DNA of 64,000 nucleotides from NCBI GenBank assembly GCA_965644295.1, contig CBFFRP010000001.1, forward strand, positions 1 to 64,000. Reading direction: 5' to 3'. Origin of the DNA: Paraphysomonas bandaiensis. Taxonomy: Eukaryota; Protista; Chrysophyceae. A program made the translations under genes and the position numbers. The notes below the pieces were generated by a model. The model worked only from the letters and a program-made list of their open reading frames with translations. It did no database searches and was not told where the DNA came from. Each line of letters opens with the position of its first letter. Within the stretch, counting starts at the first letter, position 1. Positions 1 through 12,800 of the stretch are shown here, one piece after another.

Positions 1-25
1 TATGTGCTTCGTTCAGTTACGTATT

Positions 26-1598
26 GCTATTATACACTTGAGGTGCACGAGTGTTCATGCAAGGCTTATTGGGGTTGGATTGCAATGTGGTATGCGTACT
101 ATACGTACCGTATTTATGTATTTCCTGGATTATGGGGTTTTCAGTCTCTGGTAGGGTATAGATACGTAGTATACGGTGTACTCTCGGCATATGGTGGTGA
201 GCCATTCCCTATCAGGTTGCTGTGTATTTTTCAGTTTTGATTGAAGAGTTACACAACCTGTGGTGGTGTGATGACACCACGTGTGTTGCACCATGTTAGG
301 AGTGTGTGTGTGTGCATATATGCTTCTATGGTGTTTATCACTTGTTTTAAGTTAGACCAAAGCTTGGTGCTAGTGATCTTGGGTGCCAGCGGTATACCAT
401 TGCGCGGTGACTCTTCGCGGGAGTCACTAACTGAGTTTAGGTCTAAACTTGGAAAAAAGTGTTTTAATAATAATACCGTTATTACTGTGCTTGTTGGTTC
501 AGTGTAGGTGTTGTTGTAGTTTTATTGTTTACGAGCCAACACCCTGGTTATCAAACCGGGTGTTGTTATAGTATGAGTAAACACTTATTATTACTGTTAA
601 ATCACCCAACACGGTCAACGATATCCGCTAAATATCGCCGCGCAGCATTCCCTCTAAGAATACAGATCGCTGTTAAGACAGTGTCAAGTAACTTAAAACA
701 ATGACATGTAAGGAATAACATACATATAGAATAGTACGCATCTACAGAATGAACCAAGTTCATTTTATATCACACACACCACACCGCATGCATTCTTGCA
801 TACACCGTGTATACCACACGTATTATGACAATAAAACAAAACTGAATAACAGCGTATGAAACTGAATAACTGCGCATAAAACTGAAACTACCTACATAGC
901 ATAAAACTGAAATAAAACAATAGTGATAAAACTGAAAAACAGCTAACTAAAATGAGTAACGTGATACCGTATTCGCTATTAGTCTACTGCTCTTATCATA
1001 CTCCCTAAACTCATATAAAACTTATTGCATCTTTACTCTCTCCATATATTCCTCTTTAAGCCACACGCTTGCCATAATGGCCACCCACTATGCCTGCTTA
1101 GCAGCATCACCATGCATAGCGTCTATAGTATGCTCTTGAAAGGTCCTAACTCCTGCTCATCTCCATATCCAGGGCACCATCATGGAAATGCAGCTCACAG
1201 AGGTATTGGGCTGTGTACATCCATAGTTCTGCACTTAACTTGAGACATTTATGTTCAGGATGTACTAGCAACATCTGAAGATCATTTCTTATGCTGTTCT
1301 GAGGATGATGCAGAGAGAATTGTGTGTACATCACGTTAATGCTACCTAAGTCTCTCTCCATTGCCCTTACTGCCTCTACGTCATAGAACAACAGGTGCAG
1401 TCGGCTGGCTTCACATGTATTGCAAGTAGAGATACTGGGTAACGTGTTTTGAGTGTCGTGATATTAATAACTGCCTAGAGTAGCCACATGTATGCACTTC
1501 AGTGTGAATGGCTTGTTGTAATTCCATGACTCGTGGCTAGATCCTTGCACTTCCTTCGTAAATAATTATCTTGTACTGTTTGCTGTCCTTCTTCTGTT
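26..1598. repeat. Copy 1 of a ~1.57 kb direct repeat containing decayed ORF-like sequence and two hairpins
   Basis: 26-1598 is near-identical to 1892-3444 (offset 1866; copy 2 lacks one 20-bp AAACTGAA-type unit). Some differences are CpG-type transitions (aatgag/aacgag, gccaca/gccgca). Confidence 0.95.
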
Positions 1599-1891
1599 AC
1601 ATATTGTGCAACACCATTTGGACATTGGTAATGTACCACAGTGTACCTACATATTGAGCCAACGTTCGGGTATGATGTCCAATTTTTATCTGCTGCTGAT
1701 GATGTACGACTATGATCTGCTGCTGGTGACTTCGGTCGATGTGAAACCTGCTGCAAATTTATATCAAAGTTATGTGGGCCCGTATTCCTGTGTAGCAGTT
1801 GCAGTATATACTTCCATATACATACATACATGTATTACCCGTACTACCCTATAGGGGGGCAAATACATGTGACCATCACAGGAGAGAAGTC

Positions 1892-3444
1892 GCTATTATA
1901 CACTTGAGGTGCACGAGTGTTCATGCAAGGCTTATTGGGGTTGGATTGCAATGTGGTATGCGTACTATACGTACCGTATTTATGTATTTCCTGGATTATG
2001 GGGTTTTCAGTCTCTGGTAGGGTATAGATACGTAGTATACGGTGTACTCTCGGCATATGGTGGTGAGCCATTCCCTATCAGGTTGCTGTGTATTTTTCAG
2101 TTTTGATTGAAGAGTTACACAACCTGTGGTGGTGTGATGACACCACGTGTGTTGCACCATGTTAGGAGTGTGTGTGTGTGCATATATGCTTCTATGGTGT
2201 TTATCACTTGTTTTAAGTTAGACCAAAGCTTGGTGCTAGTGATCTTGGGTGCCAGCGGTATACCATTGCGCGGTGACTCTTCGCGGGAGTCACTAACTGA
2301 GTTTAGGTCTAAACTTGGAAAAAAGTGTTTTAATAATAATACCGTTATTACTGTGCTTGTTGGTTCAGTGTAGGTGTTGTTGTAGTTTTATTGTTTACGA
2401 GCCAACACCCTGGTTATCAAACCGGGTGTTGTTATAGTATGAGTAAACACTTATTATTACTGTTAAATCACCCAACACGGTCAACGATATCCGCTAAATA
2501 TCGCCGCGCAGCATTCCCTCTAAGAATACAGATCGCTGTTAAGACAGTGTCAAGTAACTTAAAACAATGACATGTAAGGAATAACATACATATAGAATAG
2601 TACGCATCTACAGAATGAACCAAGTTCATTTTATATCACACACACCACACCGCATGCATTCTTGCATACACCGTGTATACCACACGTATTATGACAATAA
2701 AACAAAACTGAATAACTGCGCATAAAACTGAAACTACCTACATAGCATAAAACTGAAATAAAACAATAGTGATAAAACTGAAAAACAGCTAACTAAAACG
2801 AGTAACGTGATACCGTATTCGCTGATAGTCTACTGCTCTTATCATACTCCCTAAACTCATATAAAACTTATTGCATCTTTACTCTCTCCACATATTCCTC
2901 TTTAAGCCACACGCTTGCCATAATGGCCACCCACTATGCCTGCTTAGCAGCATCACCATGCATAGCGTCTATATTATGCTCTTGAATGGTCCTAACTCCT
3001 GCTCATCTCCACATCCAGAGCACCATCATGAAAATGCAGCTCACAGAGGTATTGGGCTGTGTACATCCATAGTTCTGCACTTAACTTGAGACATTTATGT
3101 TCAGGATGTACTAGCAACATCTGAAGATCCTTTCTTATGCTCTTCTGAGGATGATGCAGAGAGAATTATGTGTCCATCACGTTAATGCTACCTAAGTCTC
3201 TCTCCATTGCCCTTACTGCCTCTACGTCATAGAACAACAGGTGCAGTCGGCTGGCTTCACATGTATTGCAAGTAGAGATGCTGGGTAACGTGTTTTGAGT
3301 GTCGTGATATTAATAACTGCCTAGAGTAGCCGCATGTATGCACTTCAGTGTGAATGGCTTGTTGTAATTCCATGACTCGTGGCTAGATCCTTGCACTTCC
3401 TTCGTAAATAATTATCTTGTACTGTTTGCTGTCCTTCTTCTGTT
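1892..3444. repeat. Copy 2 of the ~1.57 kb direct repeat, ending where the retroelement relic begins
   Basis: Identical ORFs in the track (241..507 = 2107..2373); alignment by eye. Confidence 0.95.
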
Positions 3445-3489
3445 GTTGACTCTCTTCTTGTTGTTGAATACCCTATTTCACTACTACAC

Positions 3490-5030
3490 TTGCTACTATA
3501 TAAACCCCCAGGGTTACACGGATATAAGCCATGGAGATTTGCTAAGTTTGAAGCGAAGACTTTAGAGAAGATCTTTGAGGTCATGAAGCAGAATAGCAAG
3601 GCGTGGCAAGAACTTGGAGATGTGTTGAAAAGAAAATTCGTACAAATGGTAGCCGATGCGAAGGAAGAGCAGGTGAAAAGTATGATGAATGTCTTACATC
3701 ATGTACGGACCGTAGGAGAGCCGACCAAGGAAAGGGTAGAGGAAACCAGAGGATTAGAGACGGTGAAGTCAGTGGATGGAAATCAGCAAGTGTCTAATAG
3801 AAAAGTCAGTGTGGCACATACGATGACGTCACCGGCACAACATGATGATAAGAAGATAAGGATGGATACTTTAACTTGGTGGTGTGGAGAAGCGATTGTA
3901 AGAGGAGAGACAATACCGATGGCAATTCATGTGGATGGTGGATCAGAGGGAGCGTTCATGCATGAAGGGCTAGCAGAGGAAATGGGTTTAGAAGTTCATG
4001 AGTATCCAAGGGACCAACAATATTTGGTGATGGGAGCTACAGGACAAGGAAGATGTCCGGAACGAGTGACAAAGTATGTATATCTATGTATGCGGATAGA
4101 CGGAGTGGAGTATTATGGTGAAATGTTGGGAGAATTGAAGACTGGACATCCGATACAGAGTATATGGAAGTGTAAGTTTGATCTGATACCTAATATGACG
4201 GCGTCATGCTTATGGGGAGGAGCGGAAGTGAAGGAGTTGAAAGAGCATCGTGCCTTTGTGGTGGGAACACCAGAGGGTATACCTGTTGTCATGAAAGGGA
4301 AGTCATACGCAGAAACAATAAAATGGATGGCTAAGACGAGACATCGGGTAGCAGAACATCCAGTGTATCAAGGTAATAACACGGAAGGACGGAGGGTCAA
4401 TACTGTGTGGAAGATAAGCCAATACCCTAACCAGTACTGTGTAAGACAATGATACAGGATGAATCTGTGATAGTTCATGTGGTCAATATGAAGCCAGATC
4501 GTTATGTTGTTGGACCTATTCAGGTCTTGGATTAGGGGGAAGTGTAGCAAAATTGGGTATGACAAGTATGGGTGATTTAGGAGGTTGTTATGGCTGAAGG
4601 ATAAGATGAAGTGATGTAGGATGTAGTATGAGATGAGGTGTAGATGGTAGTTATGATTAGATTAGAAGATACGAGTATTAAGGCCAGATATAGGGTTGGA
4701 GTGTACCGGAACTACCCGTATATACGGATGTAACGGACGTTCATGGTAACCCGTACAGTATTATGATGGTATACGTAGGTATTCTGTAGGATGATATAGG
4801 AGTAGATAGCAGGATGTTAAGGGATTTCTATATGATTATTTCTGGAAGTAGAAAACTAGCTATTTATGGCTGGGAAACCACTTCTAGAATTAACTATGGG
4901 GATATAGGTAGAAGGATATGGAGTTTTAGATATAATAGTGAAAGTTGATATCGTAGTTGAGTTGAAAGTTAAGAAGTAGCGAAGTAAAGAGTAAGAAGAG
5001 GAAGTTAAGTGAAGAGTGTTGTGAGAAGAC
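3490..5030 (+). mobile_element. Decayed LTR-retrotransposon fragment (Ty3/Gypsy-like gag-protease region)
   Basis: The 320-aa ORF 3490..4452 contains IHVDGGSEGAFMHEGLAEEMGL, matching the retropepsin pattern hhhD[ST]GA..FI...LA..LGL. It is followed by stop-riddled, C-poor purine-rich sequence. Confidence 0.65.
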
Positions 5031-5620
5031 TATCCTACCCCACATCACCTGTGCACATGGACAGGGATGATAAGACCAGCAATGTTAGCCATGATAGCGA
5101 GGCTCAATCACCCGTAGTCGTTACAGACACTACCAAGGGCAGCTGAGGACGTCCGAGTGTCTCCTCCAGACCATCATCATCATCATCTCGTGCATAGGTC
5201 TATCAGAGTACCCGACCTTGGCACCCCCACACATCTACCACCACCCCCCACCACCTCATCCACCTCTCAACCCACTCACCTGGAACTCGGAACACTTATG
5301 GCATTAATATACCACACTGAGCCTCCTCCAAACCCAACAGAGACCCATCCCAAAGGGAGACCCCCAGATCAAAAGCACCGGTGAGTCCACGGACACACGA
5401 TAAAGGCGAATTTCATATCACACAAAAAGAACGGAAGTGGTTGCACCTTGGTGCTTGCGGCGACGCACAAGCAGCTTCTGTAGCGTTAAATAGTAGGATA
5501 AAAGAGTTTGTATTGATTAGTTACTGGTAGTGGTCTAACTAGTATGACTAGCATTCTTCTAGCCACTAATTGATGCAAGGTCTCAACGCCTATTGCTAAA
5601 TAATCAGACATTCACTACTA
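5030..5620 (+). mobile_element. 5'-truncated non-LTR retrotransposon (LINE) 3' end
   Basis: Encodes ...HLELGTLMALI..EPPPNPTETHPKGRPPDQ. The 3' UTR 5429-5620 is almost identical to the reverse complement of 45266-45455 and ends ...CAGACATTCACTACTA. Confidence 0.8.
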
Positions 5621-5678
5621 GGTACGAGGTTGACACTAGTCGCAGTCGTGCACGAAGTGTCGAGTGAAATACTAAACT

Positions 5679-5709
<31 letters not shown>
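5679..5709. repeat. Short interstitial telomeric repeat (CCCTAA/CCCTAAA)
   Basis: taaccctaaccctaaaccctaaccctaaccc. Confidence 0.85.
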
Positions 5710-6070
5710 AATATGAACAATGCAATTATTACAGTTTTCGAATTCAAAATGTAAGTGTCAAAGAACAATAAGCGGGAATAATACTGCACACTGTAATAAA
5801 GCTGTCTATCAGAATGGTATAAACAATACTAAGTAGTGATGACTCTAAGTAAAATATTATGAAGTATTAGTTCAGCATTTCTTACTTCAGTATCTTTTGA
5901 AGATTGACTGAGTAGAATAAAGCTCAAATAATAGAAACATTCATTGAGCAACCGCGATCTCTAGAAGGTTCATCGAAACACGATGCCTCTGATTTCCTAG
6001 TGCTCCAACAACGCTAGAATCCAAAAAAACTGCTATTCATTGGCTTCTAAAAGAAAGTAAGACGACGTCA

Positions 6071-9000
6071 TTACCACGAAAACGCACCTGCTGCGTCGAC
6101 AGCAACCTTTGGTAATGTAAAATCTGTGAAAGGAGGGCGCGGACAAGGAGGGAGAGACATTGAAAGGGGTAACCCAGATCGTGGTAACGAACAATTCCTT
6201 GAATCACAACCTGAAGAGACAGCAATTCTTCGAGGATCAACACTATCGATTATGCCTAAGGGATGAGATCTCTCCGTGGAATGGTAAGATGTCTTGTACA
6301 TGTGGGTGTCCTGTGTTGTATACACACTTCCAGCGACATGGTATGGTCGCGAATCATTGGTAACGCTAATATTCGAAGTATTCTTATCGGAAGTGATTGA
6401 CCTTGACTTGCGCCTGCGCTTTTTTCTCGTCGGTCTAGATTCGGTGTCATTGTAATTTGTATCGATGGACTCAGCAAGGCTAGCGCTATAACTCCGCGAC
6501 ACTTCACGCTGAAGCAAAATATCGGACTCACTCTGACATGTACTCACGGTCGGTACGGCAACGCACGGGGAACTTGTGAACAAAGACAGGCCGGCTGGCA
6601 TCACACGGGATGGGCCGTCCTGTCCAACGGTATTCGTTTTCATATTTGTTTGAGAAGGCTTCTCACTTAACAGGGACGTATTCCGCGCAAGAGATACACT
6701 GGGATACAACACTCCAGTCTGAGGAATCTGCGGTCTAAGGTGTTGACCAACCGTGGCCTGTACATGAGGAAGACTAGAATGACTACCCGTATAGGAGTTC
6801 GATGCGCTAGTGTGAAGAATGGGAGAAGTATCATTCCATGAAATGTTATCTGATGTCATGTTCATGTGGTCAGTGTAATCACCATGCGGTGATGATTTCT
6901 GAGGGTATGGTATAGGATGCTGTAATACACCCTGAGGTGCTTGGTAGTGCATTGGATACGAGCTGCACTCCCCTTGCGACATAACACCAGCAAACGAATA
7001 CATTCCCATATGTTCAGTACTTGGCCAGCTGAACATACCACGCACAGCAGGGTAATGTGATATGGAAGACTGTCGAATCGCATCAGTACTGCTAGATGCA
7101 TCAGCGCGTCGTCGAGCTTTTTTACTCCTCTTAGGTTTACCGGGATGAAGCCTAGATAATAATGTGCCACCAGCAGTTTTCGAAGTTCTAGCAGATTCTA
7201 TGGGGTAGGAGGTTGACTCTAAACTCTTGCTCCGCTCGGTGTCTATATTTTCTGATGCCTGCAAGGAACAAACGGAACACAAGAATTGGGGGCGCTTCCC
7301 CGAAATATTTCTATCACATGGCAGACCAACACAAGTCAAATGATAGAAACGCGACCCAGCGCATGAATGCTCTTGACGGCACTCTACGTAACCTCCTGTG
7401 CCCGATCCATCACAAATGCAGAGCTTCAGAGGTTCCTTACCAGGTACGAGGTTGGCACTAGTCGCAGTCGTGCACGAAGTGTCGAGTGAAATACTAAACT
7501 TATCCCTTGAAAAGTTGCCGGAGTCGTTAGAATAGGCGTTATCATCACACGAATTGTCTACTATCACGGCCTGCTGCTGGTCTTGCACGCTGTTGGATAC
7601 AACAGCAGGAGGTATATCGTTGATACTACTCGCCACATGTGGGCTAAGTGCTTGAACTTCAGCTATGCCATCCGATACACTGCTAAGCCCAGGTGTATTG
7701 TTTGTACTTTCCGTCACACTCTCTTGTGCTGTGCGACTTGTACCTTCCATCATATTCTCTTGTACTGAGCAATTTGTATCTTCAGTCGCATCATCTTGCA
7801 CTATACTGTTTGTGAATGCTGTTGTATTCCCTTGTATGGCGTTGTTAGTACTTTCCATCATATTCTCTCGTGCTGTGCAAATTGTACCTATAGTCGCATC
7901 ATCATGCACTATGCTGTTAGTGGATGCCGTCGTATTATCTTGCACGCTGTTGATTGTACTCTCCATTACATTCTCTTGTAGTGCACAATTTGTACCTTCA
8001 GTCGCATTACCTTGCGTAACGCTGTTCGTGTCTTCTGCCACATTCTCTATCACCTTGTCAATTGTGCCCGCCGTCGCATTCTCCTGTATAGCGCTGCTTG
8101 TATTTTCCATCACACTTTCTTGTACTGTGGTGCTCGTTTCTTCCATCGCATTGTCTCTTACTGTACAGTTTATGCCTTCAGTTGTAGCCTCTATATTCTT
8201 GATATGCACGTTCGCTGTACGAGCTAATCCTTCATCGAATTGGAGTTTCATCATCATATTAGAGTTCGTACTCAAAACAGTAGCTGTTTTCCCTTCAAAT
8301 TTCCCGCTTACCACAACCACACGAGAGCCAGGAATAATCTATACATAAAACAAGTCTTCAAGGTAAGCAAAAGAAAATATACTCACATATCCATACCTGT
8401 TGACGCAACTGGATCTGATACTCACAGAGTGGACACTTGAAATCCTGGAGTTCTGCCAAGGTTTCCTTGGACATGCCTACTCAAATAACATTAAAACGAA
8501 CACACTACATCAGTACTCATGACCTTGAAGGCTGGGAACACACTCTGGGTGAACCCATCCATTACATCCCCCTGTCCCGATCATACATTGCACGTAGAAG
8601 CCAAATTCCTCGTCGCCACAAACGCAGAGCTGCTTGGGCTCCTTGGTGCAAACGTCTCCTGCAATACTATCATCACTTATCATGGGCAACTCCTTGGGCA
8701 GTATTTGAGCGTTGGATTCAGATATAGGGCCTGTTGCTTCTTCCTCGCAAATATTAGAGTCGTTAATATGGTTCATGCTTCCAGAACAGTGCTCCATAGC
8801 TTCTTGAGCGCTAAAGCATCTACAGAAAGAATTCAGTTGCCTCAACTTCGCCTGGAGAGCTATCGCCTGTTCAAGAAATATATTTCGTGCAATGCTAATG
8901 TGCTCCAGCGGCCCCAATGGCAGCTCATCACCATCAATACCATTTAGTTTGTTCAGTCGCCGCTTTTCAACACGTGCCAACTCAAGTCGCACTGTGGAAG

Positions 9001-9424
9001 TCTCACACTGTGGGCCTAAATTAATCGATTCTTCAGGACTGGGCTCAAGATCTTTAAGGGTGATTGAGCACTTGTGTCCAGCCAGTATCGCGCGCTTCAA
9101 TAACTGTCGCAGAGTCTGCTCTCCTTTTGTGTGTTTTTGTTTCGAGAAGAATTTCGTTGCGCTGCCGATCAGTTTCCGCTCGCTGATCTGGCACTCCTCA
9201 ACGCCTGATAAGTTATAGCTGGGCTCTCGGCAACACGGACACATCAAGCCTCTCAAATACGTATAGTGCTGGACAGTTATTTGTTTGAAGGCACACTCTT
9301 GACAGAATGCCACATTACACTCACAGTGAAAGAGAACAGACCGTCCCGGGCAGATCAGAGAGTAGCATACGATGCAGTGATCAGGAACAGCGTCATCGAC
9401 ATCCATAGTGACGATAGATGTCAA
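6071..9424 (-). CDS. Multi-exon RING-like / PHD / KOW-like / repeat / PHD zinc-finger protein
   Basis: RING-like CIVC..CECNVAFCQEC..CPCC; PHD1 LCVCGDEEFGFYVQC..CNGWVHPEC[intron]..FKCPLC; KOW-like PGSRVVVVSGKFEGKTATV; PHD2 LCICDG..YVEC..C..FYHLTCVGL..FLCSVC. Two short GT-AG introns near 8340-8400 and 8480-8525. True start may lie further upstream. Confidence 0.8.
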
Positions 9425-9877
9425 CCCTTTCTATAGTCTCACGTCTATCGATGCATACTCACAGTGTGTTTCTTCTCATCGATTTGTCCTCCGAATCCCG
9501 ATGGAGTTCTGATTGAATGGGAATAATTCTGTAGCTATGCACTCGTGCTGCTACTGCTGCTGCTGCTGCTGCTACTACTGCTGCAGGACCTGCATCTACA
9601 ACGTATACCTCTGTATGTATGTGCTGTATTTAGGTATTTTCGTAGTTTTTTTTTTTAGGACTCGCACTTGGAAGACTTCACTATGTAGTTCCTACTGCTG
9701 TAGACCCGGGTATACCGTATACTGTAGCAGTGCAATTGTTCTTGAAGGTGTTTTAGAGGTGTGTCTGATCGTGAAGAGCAGAGCACGCAGATAGATACAT
9801 ACAGAGTATATACATGTATGTGGTCATAGTCAGAGATATATACATCTATGAGCCCCTAATAAAATGTGGTCAGTCTG

Positions 9878-12800
9878 ATGATGCGGTCATTGTCTCATTT
9901 ACTGTCAATCAGTCTGTTGATTTTGTTTAGTTGTGGAGTGTATTTCAACTCTATCGATAACTCATTTGCGTTTGATGGTATCGACTGCACTCATGTGGCC
10001 TGACTCTGATGTCATCTCATGTGTGATATGTATGTGCAGATCATTTAGCGATAGTTAATAACGGTGATACGGATCCGTCGACCTCGTATGCGGATCTGTG
10101 GGGTCATGACATATGGGGGAAGGTACTCACTGATAGTGTTATCGATGCTCTGTGATTGTCGAGTGGCGTTTGAATGTAGGATCTATTAGCACAAGACAGC
10201 CATAGATCTTATCGTCCTCTTCTTATTGTCGTCTTTAAACTGATAAGGTTTGTTTGCTGCGCATTACTTACTTTGATAATAATTTTAAAGGTCATACTTT
10301 GGACTCAATGCGAGCCCTATTAGAGTCGTAAGCATTGGCTGTCATGCAATGTGTACTGTTTTGGTGTATGCTCTAGGTCATCAGGTACAGCTGGAAGTGT
10401 ACACGTTCTAGCTACTAAAACAATTGTGAATACGTTTGTAGGTTACAGGGAATTATCACGTAGCTATGGGCAGCTCTCTGATATTTGCTTCTCACCCTGT
10501 ACATGTCGAAGTCAGTAAATTTTCTCTTATCTTGATGTATTTTATTCTCGTCGTTGTGTCTATGCAGAGTGTAGTTGCAGTTGTCAATATCGCTGAGCCT
10601 CTGTGCTGTATTTTTTTCTGCTTGGCGTATATGCTGTACTGGCTTACATATGATATTGCATGCGGATACCACTCGTCCCAAGGCTTTGCTTTTACCAATC
10701 TTAAAAAGTCATGGACTCTAAACAGTATATGGGTGGGTGTGTTACTTTTATCGATGGTTTATGTGGTAGTCGCTATACTGTTTAAGGAGACAGGAATTAC
10801 AATTTTGGGCATGGTTGTGGGAACATCTGTGTTAGCACTATTATCCCATTGGATTAGAAAAACTTTTAGATTGCAGAAGTATTACCCGACACACGCACCC
10901 TACTCTGGCAATCATACCAGTGGTAGCAGAGAACGTTCTGGTGGCAAAGCAGTTATATGTACATCAACAAATGTTAATTGCAATTGCCTTGAAGGTACAA
11001 AGTCTTGGTATATAAATCATGTAGCATGGATTGGGCTTGCAGTTGTTGTTCTAGTTGGGTATTTCGTATTTCGAGCCTATCTAGTATCTGAGATACCCAG
11101 CGTAGACATTGACTCACTCAGTACGACATGTCGCCAGGGTGCCTTAACAACCTTTATGGATATGACTCGTGATACCCTTTCAATGTTGTATGGCATTGTC
11201 ATCCGACCTTTTTTTCCATCAATATTAGGGGAGACGGGAAGGTCTACGGCATCTTTCTATCTGGACGAGTCACAACTCATACGAAAGGCTGAGAACCCTT
11301 TTGCTTTTCTGGACAGGGAGGAGAAAGTTCTCTCTCTCCTGTACCTACACTTCAGGTATTTCTTCCTGCTGCTCTGGCCGATCGAGTTGTCAGCTGAGTA
11401 TGCGTTTGACTGCATACCCAAAGTTTCAGACTGGCATGACAACGGAAACTATCGTGTGTACAATGCGTGCGCTATGTATGCGTTTCTGTTTGCTGTTGGA
11501 GTATGGGGTTTTTACAGAATGGTATACCGCCCTCCCAGCCGTGTTAGGTCAGAGGCAGTTCTCATTTCTCTCATGTTTTTGGTCGTTCCATTCATACCGG
11601 CATCAGGGGTTCGTGTTGTTTTGTATTTTATCTTTTTCTATTTATAATGTTTAATCTAGGTCTTCTTGCGTCTCGGTACTCTATTAGCCGAGAGGCTGCT
11701 CTATATACCGTCAATCGGTACAGTTATTATATTTATATGTATTATTATGCACTGATGTTGCCCAATATAGGATTCTGTTATTTACTTTGTGTTATGCTGC
11801 TGGAGATTTCGCATCCAGTGTGTGCTGTGGTGCAAACGTTGTGGCATAAAATATTCAGAAAGGGATCGTCGCTGCGATCACAACATTTTAGAAGGAGATA
11901 TATGTTCGTTTATTGGGGAGTACTTCTTCCGATACTATATTTTTACTCGGCTCGTACCATTTATCGCAACCGCGACTGGGCAGACGACGCCACTCTGTTT
12001 ACCGCAGCCCTTAATGTGTGTCCTCGTTCGGCAAAGTTAAGGCTTCAACTAGCTAAAATGTATATCAACGAAGGCGATTATAAAACTGCAGAACAGCACA
12101 TCACCATAGCCAAAGACATCGATCCTGATTTCTGTGATGTGGGCTATCAAGAGGCCCTATTGAATATTGTGTATTATCATGATACAGATGCGGCGGTAGA
12201 AAAGCTTAGTGAAAGTCTGCATTGTGCTTTTACACTGACTGAAGCTTGGAAGTTGCTTTCAAATATATGGGAGAGTCAAATCAAGCAATCGCCAGGGGAT
12301 TTCAGAGTTCTAGAAGGTATTGGAAACGTATGCCACAAGGCAGGTGTGTGTATAACGTAAATGGAGAATCCTGTTGTGTTGAGGTAGATATTTAGGGCTG
12401 TATGTAATGGCTGTGAGGCAGTATCAACAAGCCACATCTGCTGCTTTTGATCAATCCAAGTACCTTTCTGCATTGAAGTTATCTGTTAAGGCAGAAAAAT
12501 CTTTAAGAAATTTGTTCTTGGAGCAATACAGCGATTCTTTGCATGGTTCAGAATTGAACAGCACATTATCGTTGGGTATGCCTGATGCGAGCGTCATAGC
12601 CACTGCAGGCCGGAAGCACGAGCTGTCTTGGGACACATACCGGTAAGGATTTTTCGCTGGCTAGTAGTTTCGTGATATTATCGCAGCGAACTGGAATGCA
12701 ACACATATTCTTTGGGAGGGGTAGTTCGTAACGTCATGTATGAGAAGTATGTAAAAGCTTCAAACCCTAATGACAAGAAATCTAAGAAAACGGGTAGTTC

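Noticed and set aside
283-306. Peptide VLHHVRSV resembling VLHHVRTV in ORF 3490..4452
   Set aside because: No flanking similarity; treated as coincidence.
26-3444. The 1.57 kb repeats as paired LTRs
   Set aside because: No TG..CA ends, PBS, PPT or TSD, and only 293 bp between copies.
5679-5709. True chromosome end
   Set aside because: Only about five units with non-telomeric sequence on both sides.
7665-8348. 227-aa hydrophobic ORF on + strand
   Set aside because: Antisense shadow of the repeat region of the PHD gene.
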